Virus record (IMG/VR): IMGVR_UViG_3300050503_000206
Length of the DNA stretch: 48,880 nt
Origin: an uncultured virus (IMG/VR IMGVR_UViG_3300050503_000206)
Taxonomy: Duplodnaviria > Heunggongvirae > Uroviricota > Caudoviricetes
Direction: 5' to 3' (one strand)
The position numbers and the translations under genes were made by a program. The notes beneath the pieces were generated by a model that saw only the letters and a list, made by a program, of their open reading frames with translations, was not told the origin of the DNA and made no database searches. Each line of letters opens with the position of its first letter. Positions within the stretch are counted from its first letter, which is position 1. Positions 8,494 through 16,806 of this stretch are shown here, piece by piece.

Positions 8494-9390
8494 TCAGAGG
8501 TTGAGGATCTGGACGATGGTGATCTGCGCCGAGCCTTCGAGCGGATTGACGACGAAGGCGTTGACGTTGCCGGGGATCGGGATGATCGGGCTCGTCGTCG
8601 ATCCAGCCGGAATCGTGAGCGTCGCGATCGTGACGAAACCGAACGCGGGCGTCTCGTTCGCCGGCAAGATGGGGTTGGTGAACGCGTACACCATGTCGAT
8701 CTCGAGCGGACCGACGGTGTCGGACATGACGATCACCTCGCGCGCCGCCGGCATCACGGGCATCGTCAGCCCGGTCTCGCCGACGAGGAAGCTCTGCGTG
8801 TACGTGAGCGGATTCTTCTCGTGGCTGTTGCTTGAGGCGCAATACACCGCCGTGGTGAAGATCGTGCCGAGCGCGAACGGGTTCGCCGTCACGTCCTCCG
8901 GCGTGAGTCCGCCGCCTGCGGGATCGGGCACGAGCGCGTCGATCCCGAGCACGGCGTAGCAGCGCACGTCGAACTCGACGCCGGCGCCGACATCGAAGTC
9001 GAAGTCGCGCGTGCGCGTGTTGCCCATCGACAGCTTGATCCGCGCCTTGAGCATCGATGCTCGGTTGCCTCGGCTCTCGATGGCGCTCGCGTCGACGCCC
9101 TCGATGGTCGTGCCGACGGGAAGCATGGCTTCTCGCGGCTCGATGCTGACGTGATGCCACGTTCCCACAGGCTGCGAGTTCTCGGTCTGATCGCCGGGAT
9201 GCATCGACCATCCACCGCGCATCGGCATCGTGCGCGGCGCGACGACCTGTGCGTAGCCCGAGCCCGCGACGGGCGATTGCCCGAGCCGATCGCCCGGCGG
9301 TGCCCAGCGCAGGAGGAAGGGATTCGCGAGCGGAGCGACGACGAGGTAGTCGAAGGCCGAGGGTAGCGGCGGATGTCTCGTGAGGTTCAC
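8494..9390 (-). CDS. beta-rich putative structural protein (jelly-roll-like candidate)
   Basis: Alternating hydrophobic beta-strand pattern throughout (ARIKLSMG, DFDFDVG, VEFDV, ITIVQIL); GTGA overlap; no TM. Confidence 0.55.
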   Translation of the reverse strand: MNLTRHPPLPSAFDYLVVAPLANPFLLRWAPPGDRLGQSPVAGSGYAQVVAPRTMPMRGGWSMHPGDQTENSQPVGTWHHVSIEPREAMLPVGTTIEGVDASAIESRGNRASMLKARIKLSMGNTRTRDFDFDVGAGVEFDVRCYAVLGIDALVPDPAGGGLTPEDVTANPFALGTIFTTAVYCASSNSHEKNPLTYTQSFLVGETGLTMPVMPAAREVIVMSDTVGPLEIDMVYAFTNPILPANETPAFGFVTIATLTIPAGSTTSPIIPIPGNVNAFVVNPLEGSAQITIVQILNL

Positions 9391-10772
9391 GCTGCGTCCT
9401 CGCAGTCGGAGCAGCCTTCACCGAGAGCACACGACTCGCAGCAGTGGCCGTCGTGCTCCCACCACGCGACGCCTTGGTCCGGGGCCACGGGGAACTCGGC
9501 GACGACCTCGGCGCCTGTCGTCGGGTCGACGTAGCTCACCGCGATGAGCGAGCCTTCGAGCAGATCTCCGTGATCGCTCTCGATGTCGGTGACCTCGACG
9601 CCATGCAGCGGCGATCCCGGACAATGCAACCGCAACCCTTGGACGTCGACCATGACCGCGCAGTCGCCCGAGCTCGGCGGGCTCGGGTTGCGCCGCGTCA
9701 GCGACTGACGCGGGACGGGGTTGCGAACCGGTCGCATCGAGAAGCTCATGGTCTCGGTGGGCACCGTGTTCGGAGAAGGAGGGATGTCCGGACCTCCGGG
9801 CCACGATCCGGGACCAGGATCGCTCGTGTCCCACGAGAACTGCGGAAGGATCCTGGCTTCGAACGTTCCGGATCCTGTGTGCCTCGTCTCAGCGACGAGC
9901 TGCTGCTGCTGCGCGCCCCACTGCGTGAAGAGGATCGCGTTGTAGAACGCGTACTGCTGCGGCTGCCCCGGGGCATGAAAGAGTGCGGGCGCCTGCGGAT
10001 GAGGACTGACGATCTTGATCCATCGCCTCGCGTTGTTGTACGGAGGTCCCGGGAAGTACGTCGCCGTCAGCCAACCTGTCGGCAGCGCCGACGATCCCGG
10101 ATCGCCGTGCGCAGTCGGCTTCTTGAACTGCGGCTGCATCTGCCCCCCCAACTGCGAACTCCTCGTCGCTCGACCGGCTCGAGCGAGCGAGCCTTGGACG
10201 TCTTGGTAGGGGTTCGCCGTGCGCACCGGCGATCCCGCGGTCGTGCGCACGCTTCCGCCCTGCGAGAAGGGTGCGAGTACTTCGCCGAATCCGCCGGTCA
10301 GCGACGGACCGAACATCTCCGCGACGGTCGGCGCGTAGGTGGGAGTCACGTCCACGAACACGCCCGACGGGTTGTTGTAGATCGCGGTGATCCGCACCAT
10401 CGTCGGCATGGCCACGCCGACGGTGTAGAGCCACGCGGTCGCGCCCGGCGTCGCACCGTGAGGCGCCACGACGTACTGATTGGCGCCCGGGGGCGGAGAG
10501 TTCGGCGCCGGCGCCACGGGAATCATCGACGGGTTACCGATCCGCGTCATGGACACGCGTCGGTTCGCTCGAGCGACACCCGGAGCTCCGGTGTTGTTGC
10601 TGCCGCCGCCGCCCGGCGTCGACACGCCGCCCGGGAAACACGCGGGCCACGGCGTTTCGGTCGTGCAGCAGAGCCAGCCCGTCTCGGTCCACCAGCAGCT
10701 GTTCGAGCCCGCGGTCGCGAGCTTGCCGGGGTTTCGGTGGGACAACGACTGCTTCGGGACTTCGCGGGCCAT
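9387..10772 (-). CDS. NP-delimited modular (polyprotein-like) Cys-rich protein
   Basis: VPKQSLSHRNP..., RIGNP, RTANP, VRNPVPRQSLTRRNP; C-terminal HCCESCALGEGCSDC; AGGAG RBS. Confidence 0.8.
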   Translation of the reverse strand: MAREVPKQSLSHRNPGKLATAGSNSCWWTETGWLCCTTETPWPACFPGGVSTPGGGGSNNTGAPGVARANRRVSMTRIGNPSMIPVAPAPNSPPPGANQYVVAPHGATPGATAWLYTVGVAMPTMVRITAIYNNPSGVFVDVTPTYAPTVAEMFGPSLTGGFGEVLAPFSQGGSVRTTAGSPVRTANPYQDVQGSLARAGRATRSSQLGGQMQPQFKKPTAHGDPGSSALPTGWLTATYFPGPPYNNARRWIKIVSPHPQAPALFHAPGQPQQYAFYNAILFTQWGAQQQQLVAETRHTGSGTFEARILPQFSWDTSDPGPGSWPGGPDIPPSPNTVPTETMSFSMRPVRNPVPRQSLTRRNPSPPSSGDCAVMVDVQGLRLHCPGSPLHGVEVTDIESDHGDLLEGSLIAVSYVDPTTGAEVVAEFPVAPDQGVAWWEHDGHCCESCALGEGCSDCEDAA

Positions 10773-10802
10773 GGTGGTCTCCTGGGGACTTTCGAGACAT
10801 GA

Positions 10803-10838
10803 GAAAAGGGGCGAGGCCGCGTTGCGTCCCCGCCCCTT
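10803..10838 (-). terminator. rho-independent terminator candidate after putative capsid gene
   Basis: AAGGGGCG (10806-10813) pairs with CGCCCCTT (10831-10838); minus-strand stem is followed by a short U tract. Confidence 0.6.
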
Positions 10839-10868
10839 CGTTCTGCGATCCGCGAGGCGAAACGCCGA

Positions 10869-11615
10869 TCAGACCGGGACGCCGGAGCCCGGGGGCAGAC
10901 CGGGCGAACCGACCAGGTTGCCCGGGCCGACCATGCCGCCGCCGTAGGGGCCGGGGCCGGGGAACATCGGCCAGCAGTCGTTGAAGAAGTTGACCGCCTT
11001 GCCGACGATGATCATGTCGAGCGTCGGGAGCACGCTGAGCGTGTCGAGCGGGTCGAACGTGATCGTGAGCGGAGCGAGGTTGCTGAAGCAGCCCCAGTCG
11101 AAGGGGCAGTAGCAGTCGTCCGTGTTCCAGTACGCGACGTCGAAGCCCGCATCCGGACCGCACGTGCGCTCGTACCCGTTGAAGCCGCTGATGATCGACG
11201 TCACCAGGAGCTGGAGCGGGCTGTTGAACGAGCGCGCGCCGCACCCGTAGAAGAACTTGTTGCCGCACGTGACCGACAGCGTGAAGCTGCCGAGGCTCGA
11301 CGGCGTCGCGACGATGCCGAGCAAGCTCTGGTTCTGCACCCACGGTCCGACGGGACCGCCGTAGCCCTGGAAGGGCGAGGCGATCGGACCGGTGCATCCA
11401 TCACCCCACGGGCCGCATCCCGCCATCGAACCGTCGGGTGCGCCTTGCGGCACCTGGTACTGCGGGTACTGGGGCTGGTTGTACTGCTGGGGCATCATGG
11501 GCCCCTGTCCCGCCATCGCGCCCGAGTGTGCGCCCTGGGGAACTCCGCCGCGCCGTTGCGCGATTCGCTGCTTCGCGAGAGCGATGTTGCTCCCACCTTG
11601 ATAGTTGCCGAACAT
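10869..11615 (-). CDS. candidate major capsid protein (single jelly-roll-like beta domain)
   Basis: Gln/Gly/Pro-rich N-arm, ~120-aa beta-rich domain (FTLSVT, LLVTSII, LTITF, LDMIIVGKAV), strong GAAGGAG RBS, downstream terminator; CDS is secure, capsid role is inference. Confidence 0.45.
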   Translation of the reverse strand: MFGNYQGGSNIALAKQRIAQRRGGVPQGAHSGAMAGQGPMMPQQYNQPQYPQYQVPQGAPDGSMAGCGPWGDGCTGPIASPFQGYGGPVGPWVQNQSLLGIVATPSSLGSFTLSVTCGNKFFYGCGARSFNSPLQLLVTSIISGFNGYERTCGPDAGFDVAYWNTDDCYCPFDWGCFSNLAPLTITFDPLDTLSVLPTLDMIIVGKAVNFFNDCWPMFPGPGPYGGGMVGPGNLVGSPGLPPGSGVPV

Positions 11616-11762
11616 GGGTCGTGTCTCCTTCGTGGTTGACTCCCCGGGTTCGATCGAGCGGTTCCCTCGTCATTCGACTCGGGCCTTGTGCCCCGCAACC
11701 GATCCTCCGCGAACGTTGGATCTGGGGCGGGGCTCGTCCGCCGGGTCAGGAACTTGCTTCGG

Positions 11763-12377
11763 TTACGCCGCCTCCGACTTGGGGGCGATCGAGATCTGCA
11801 CCTCGCCGCGACTGATCGCGCGCTCGCGAGAGCAGAAGGAACGGCCGCGCGCGTACGTGCCGAAGCCGTACGCCAGCGTCATGACCATCGAGTAGAACAT
11901 CGCCGACTCGCCGAAGCCCGGGATCGTCTTGCGACCGTTGATCGTCTTCGGACGCACCGAGCGCGCGAGCCCGTAGAAGGCTCCGAAGGCGAGCGGGGGC
12001 AGTGCGAGCCACGGCACGCCGAGGAAGGCCGTCGCCGGATCCTTCACGCCCTCGAGCTCCCACGGCACCGGGCAGTCGTCGGACGCCGCATTGCCGGCGC
12101 CGATCCACTCGGCGAGCATCGCGTCGCGGTCGGCTTCGACGCGGCCATCGAGCCACGCTGCACCGAGCGTCGCGCCGACGCCGATCAGCATGCCCATGCC
12201 TTCGCGTGCGGCCACCGCCATGGAGTCCGCTTGACTGTCGCTCTGGTTCTTCTTGCGCGCGAGCTTGGTGACGCTCTTCGCGACGAGCTCGGGGTTGGTC
12301 CGCGCGAGATCGTAGACGTTGTCGTGAACGTCTCGGGGGTTCTGTTCGCGCTGACGTGCGACGAGTGCCTTGGCCAT
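11763..12377 (-). CDS. multi-TM membrane protein with NP motifs
   Basis: MAKALVARQREQNP..ARTNP; three hydrophobic segments; first gene of the leftward block. Confidence 0.75.
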   Translation of the reverse strand: MAKALVARQREQNPRDVHDNVYDLARTNPELVAKSVTKLARKKNQSDSQADSMAVAAREGMGMLIGVGATLGAAWLDGRVEADRDAMLAEWIGAGNAASDDCPVPWELEGVKDPATAFLGVPWLALPPLAFGAFYGLARSVRPKTINGRKTIPGFGESAMFYSMVMTLAYGFGTYARGRSFCSRERAISRGEVQISIAPKSEAA

Positions 12378-12549
12378 GATGCGTTGGATCCTGTGTGGAA
12401 GGTGCGGCGTCGTGCCGACGTCGCCGGGACCCAACCAGCATCGGGGCGATCGGTCAAGCGGGGCCGTGAGGCCCTCTTTCTCGCGATTCCAGGCGACTTC
12501 AGACGCATTCAGACACCTCGCGCGAAGACGGCGCTACGCTGGCGGCACG

Positions 12550-14298
12550 ATGCCATCGAAGGCCGAACCGTACGCCGACGTCACCTGCTCTCCTCCGTTT
12601 CGACTCCCGTCGACGGCCCGACTCGAAGGCCGTGATCCTCCGGACAACCTCGAGCGGCAGATCAAGCTCATGCACGCGGGCCTGCGCCGCGTGTGCATCG
12701 AGGCGCTCGGCGTTCGTGATGCGAAGGGCGAACCCGTTGGGATCTTCCAACGCTTCGCGTTCGTCTGCGGCGACGACCGCAAGCCGTCACAGTCGCCTCG
12801 CATGATCGCCGTGCTCGCGATGGAGAGCGCCGAGATGTTCGCTCGCAAGTGCGATCACCTCGTGAAGTTTCGAGTCTACGTCGAGACGCGTCTCGACACC
12901 GGGAAGATCTTCGAGAAGCAGGTTCGCGTGACGGTCGATCCTTCGCGACTCGAAGATCCGGACGAGGAGTCCGACGATGACGACGACGATGCCGAGGATG
13001 AGGACGATGATGAAGACGACGACGAGGACGACGACGAGCGCCGCGAGGAAGAAGAAGATGAACAGGACGAGTACGACGAGGACGACGACGACTTCGAGGA
13101 CATCGTGAATCCGCCCGAGACCGTCGCCGCGGCGCCTCGCGTGCAATCCAACGGCAATGGGAGGACGCGCGACGGTGCGGCGGAGTACGTCGACACGTCG
13201 AACCTCGGGAAGATCGAGCCCGCCATGCAGATCCACTCATCGGTGCAGCAGGCGCAGGCGATGGGGCTGCAACCCGATCTGAGCGGCGGACTGCCGCTCG
13301 AGCACAACCCGATGTTCTTCCTCCAGCTCATGGATCGGCAGGCGGCTCTCGTTGCCCGGATCTTCGCCGCGAACATGCGCGACTCTCGGAAGGAGCGTCG
13401 GCTCATGGCGCGGCAGATGGAGAAGACGATGCGCGAGGGTCGTCGAACGATGCGCATGGTGGTCGATGGAGCGATCGCCGAACGCGACAACGCCAACCGC
13501 CACGCCGAGAACCTGGGACAGCAGATCATCGACATCACCAACGCCCAGCGCGCCGACGTCGAGAACTACCAGCAGATCGCGGCGCACTCGTGGAAGGCCT
13601 TCCGGCACGCGCAGGAGACCGAACTCTCGATGGCCGGCAAGATCCTGGGCTACGAGCGCGCGATGTTCGACGAGCGGCTCGCCGCCGCTGAAGATCGCGC
13701 TGCACTGCCTCCGGCCACGTCGCAGTGGCCAGCGATGATCAAAGGCGCGATCCCTGGCGCGCTCGGGATCGGGGCGTTCATCGCCAACTCCAAGGGCGAC
13801 ACCAAGATGGCCGAGCTGCTCGGCTCGCTCGCGAAGCTGCTCGCACCGACTCCGGACGAGCAGTACGAGGACGACGAGGAACTGGATGAGGACGCGCCCC
13901 AGCAAGCCGAGCACGCTCGAGCGGAGCCCGACGACGTCGTCGATGCCGAGGCGCGCGAGGCTCCGCAGCGCACGGAGTCCAGAGAGAAGTCGCCGACGCG
14001 CGACAGCGCGCGAGCGCTGCTCGAGACGATCGACATCGAGCAGGCCAGCACCCTACGACGTGTGCTCCCCACCGGCGCGTGGGAGGCCTTCGAGCAGACC
14101 GCCAACGCCCGCACCGAGAGTTCGGCGCGCTTGGCCGTCCGCCGCCTCGACGAACTCGTGCGCCGCGATGGAGCAGCCCAGGCCGCCGTGGTCGCCGCGC
14201 TGCGGGCCGATCAGGTCCAGTCGCTGTTCGCGATCATTCGCATGACGCAGCGGCGTACGGTGCCCCCGCGTCCGCGCGCGAGCGCGTCCGCGGGCTAG
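12550..14298 (+). CDS. large protein with poly-acidic tract, coiled coil and hydrophobic segment
   Basis: Start MPSKAEPY; ~45-residue D/E tract at 12961-13101; helical coiled-coil region; GAIPGALGIGAFIA segment. Confidence 0.8.
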   Translation: MPSKAEPYADVTCSPPFRLPSTARLEGRDPPDNLERQIKLMHAGLRRVCIEALGVRDAKGEPVGIFQRFAFVCGDDRKPSQSPRMIAVLAMESAEMFARKCDHLVKFRVYVETRLDTGKIFEKQVRVTVDPSRLEDPDEESDDDDDDAEDEDDDEDDDEDDDERREEEEDEQDEYDEDDDDFEDIVNPPETVAAAPRVQSNGNGRTRDGAAEYVDTSNLGKIEPAMQIHSSVQQAQAMGLQPDLSGGLPLEHNPMFFLQLMDRQAALVARIFAANMRDSRKERRLMARQMEKTMREGRRTMRMVVDGAIAERDNANRHAENLGQQIIDITNAQRADVENYQQIAAHSWKAFRHAQETELSMAGKILGYERAMFDERLAAAEDRAALPPATSQWPAMIKGAIPGALGIGAFIANSKGDTKMAELLGSLAKLLAPTPDEQYEDDEELDEDAPQQAEHARAEPDDVVDAEAREAPQRTESREKSPTRDSARALLETIDIEQASTLRRVLPTGAWEAFEQTANARTESSARLAVRRLDELVRRDGAAQAAVVAALRADQVQSLFAIIRMTQRRTVPPRPRASASAG

Positions 14299-14513
14299 CG
14301 ATCGACGAGCGCTTCGATGAACGTGATCTGATGACGGCGCTCGGCGCGGGTCGGTCCGCCGCCGATGCGTCGCCGACGGCCGCAACACATCGGGCACGAG
14401 CAGATCTTCAGGTTGTCGGCGAGGCGCGCCGCGGCGTGGTCGAGCTCGACGTCGGTGGCCACCACCAGGCCGCTCCACCAGCGCTGCTGGACGGCGCGGG
14501 CTCGGGCGACCAT
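14295..14513 (-). CDS. small Cys-motif phage protein
   Basis: CSCPMCC.RRR...TRAERR pattern; start uncertain. Confidence 0.5.
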   Translation of the reverse strand: MVARARAVQQRWWSGLVVATDVELDHAAARLADNLKICSCPMCCGRRRRIGGGPTRAERRHQITFIEALVDR

Positions 14514-14635
14514 GCGGCGCCGGTGATGCCGTCGGGGGCTCGAGAGGCGTCCACGCGTCCATGTGCGCCATGCTCGAGAGCGCCGATCAAGGGTAATCGA
14601 CCGACCCGACTGATCAGTCGATGTTCGAATGAGCA

Positions 14636-14758
14636 GGTTACCGGTGGTTACCGGTGGTTACCGGTTACCAGAGGGTCATGTTGTTCAGAAATCGGTGTTA
14701 AAAAAAAGTTCCGATTTCTGTAGAGGATCGAAGATCTTGACCGGTAACCACCGGTAAC
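14636..14758. repeat. GGTTACCGGT iterons / 19-bp inverted repeat, candidate replication origin
   Basis: Tandem GGTTACCGGT at 14636, 14646, 14656; inverted copies at 14740-14758; A8 tract at 14700-14707 between them; immediately downstream of helicase gene. Confidence 0.7.
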
Positions 14759-14763
14759 TTCGT

Positions 14764-16800
14764 TCACATACCTAACGACCAAGTAGTTTTGTTAGCCTTC
14801 ATGAGGTAGACGCGCTGCGCCTTCTTGCCTCCGGCGCACTTCGCGACGTAGGTCAGTCTCCCACTACTGGTCAACAATATGCCGTGCTCGCGCCATGCCT
14901 TCATGACCACTTCCGGCATGTATCCTCCGTCTTCCAGAACACGCTTCAAGTGAGCAGGGTACCAGGCGAAGAGATCTGCTCCGTCGTCGTTCTCGATGTC
15001 GCGCAAGGTCGGCAGCTCGCCCTCGTCGCCGACGCGCTTCCACCCGAGCCACCCACCGTTGGGCTCCTCCTTCATCGACGGCATGTCGCCCCAGACCGCC
15101 CACTGCGACCGACGCGACTCGGCGACGGAGACGACGTACTCCCACGCCTCACGCGCCTTGTTCGAGGCGACCTGCGCCTCTTGGAGCGCGCGCTCGATGG
15201 CGACGGCGACGTAGCGGTCGAGCAACAGTGGCCTGGTATCCCAGTCCATGCCGAGCGCCTCGGTCGCGAGCTTCGACGTCAGATCCAACAGTGCGATCGT
15301 TTCGGCGAGACGCATCGCAACCCGCGAGTCGAGCAGGCCGCGGAGCTTCGACACCATGCCGCGGTAGTCGTTCGCAAACGCGTCCCAACGCTCTCGGTTC
15401 GCGCACAGCCACTTCACGAAGAGCGGACCGGCGTGCCCGTAGTGTTTTCCGAACTCGACCATGACCTCGGCGACGGTCGTGCCGGTCGTCTCCGACGCGG
15501 CACCGAGCGGCGCCCCCCAGAAGGACAGCACGCGCGCCGCCGCGCCGCCTGTGCCCACGTAGTCGGCGAGCGAGTACTCGCCCGAGCTCAGCACCATCGT
15601 GCGCCACTGCTTCGCCGGCGCCTGCTGCAGCGTCTTGCTCGAGCGTGTGCGCGTGTGCCCCGACTCCAGCATGTAGACGGATTGCCCGAGCAGGTCTCGA
15701 CGCTTCGAATCCGGAACGTCGGCGGTGTCGTCGACCACGAGCGGCAGATCGTTCAGGACCTGCGCTCGCGCCTCGAGCCCGTTGGCGGTCGCGTTCCACC
15801 GCGGCAACTTCGCTTTCGCGCTGCGCCAACAGGTCGAGCCTGTGCGCAACGCGACCGACTTTCCTCCCGACGTCTCGCCGACGAACTCGACGATGGTGTT
15901 CGGTGCGCCGACGATGCCGATGAGCGGCGGGGCGAGGCACGCACAGATCGCGACACGCATCGCCGGCCACGGGTCGAGCCGCTTCACCGCCGCCTTCCAT
16001 CCGTCGAACGTTCCGCCCTCTTTGAAGTCCGCCGACGCATCGCCGACGTACTCGACCTGCTGTCCGTTGGCGCCGATCTGTCGATCGCCCACGAGGAACC
16101 CGTGGTGTCCGAGATCGTCGTCGTCGCCGAGCCATCCCATGGTCGACTGCGCATATCCGGGCGGGATGCTGCGGCGGTTTTCGGTCTCGTACGCGCGCAG
16201 GTACTGAACCAGTTCGGCGGCGTTGTCGGAGCCGACCGGCGCGCCGTAACGGCCGCACTCGACGATCCGCCGCGTGGAGAAAATCGCGTCGCGCTCGAAC
16301 ATGTGGCTGTGCCACTTCGAGCCCATCCGCCACGCGAGCTCGACGTAGATGACACCGGTGTCCTTATGCTGCAGTCGCCGCGTGATGAGCACCGGATCGT
16401 ACGAGACCGTCACGCGCCTCGCGACGCGTTGCCCGTCGACTGTCTTGTACTCGACGCGGTACACCGCGGCGTTCGGATCGTTCAGGCCCCAGCCCTTGGG
16501 CATCACGCACTCTTCGGAGATCGGAGCGTCCTTCCAGTCGTCCTTGATCGTGCGCTCGCCCTTGGTCTCGCCTCCGATCTCAAGCACGCCCTCGAGCTCG
16601 TGGGCGCGCTTCTTGATCCGCTTGACGTAGTCGGCAATGACCTTGCGGTCACGCAACACGTCGGCGATGCGCGTCCACTCCGATCCGTCCTGGTCGATGA
16701 ACGCCAGCACCATGCGCTGGAAGATCGCTGGCTGGTAACCGGCGCTCTTGTCGTTGGCGAGCAACGACGCGAGGTGAGCTGGGAAGTCCTCGGTCGCCAC
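14764..16800 (-). CDS. DUF927-type replicative helicase/ATPase
   Basis: Walker A GETSGGKS, Walker B LVVDD, WNATANGLE, LSSGE, YGHAGP motifs typical of DUF927/Cch-like helicases. Confidence 0.8.
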   Translation of the reverse strand: MATEDFPAHLASLLANDKSAGYQPAIFQRMVLAFIDQDGSEWTRIADVLRDRKVIADYVKRIKKRAHELEGVLEIGGETKGERTIKDDWKDAPISEECVMPKGWGLNDPNAAVYRVEYKTVDGQRVARRVTVSYDPVLITRRLQHKDTGVIYVELAWRMGSKWHSHMFERDAIFSTRRIVECGRYGAPVGSDNAAELVQYLRAYETENRRSIPPGYAQSTMGWLGDDDDLGHHGFLVGDRQIGANGQQVEYVGDASADFKEGGTFDGWKAAVKRLDPWPAMRVAICACLAPPLIGIVGAPNTIVEFVGETSGGKSVALRTGSTCWRSAKAKLPRWNATANGLEARAQVLNDLPLVVDDTADVPDSKRRDLLGQSVYMLESGHTRTRSSKTLQQAPAKQWRTMVLSSGEYSLADYVGTGGAAARVLSFWGAPLGAASETTGTTVAEVMVEFGKHYGHAGPLFVKWLCANRERWDAFANDYRGMVSKLRGLLDSRVAMRLAETIALLDLTSKLATEALGMDWDTRPLLLDRYVAVAIERALQEAQVASNKAREAWEYVVSVAESRRSQWAVWGDMPSMKEEPNGGWLGWKRVGDEGELPTLRDIENDDGADLFAWYPAHLKRVLEDGGYMPEVVMKAWREHGILLTSSGRLTYVAKCAGGKKAQRVYLMKANKTTWSLGM

Positions 16801-16806
16801 GTGTCC

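Noticed and set aside
698..10772. Diversity-generating retroelement TR/VR pair (705-788 versus 10216-10299)
   Set aside because: Both copies are coding in the same peptide frame, differences are not adenine-specific, and no reverse transcriptase is seen
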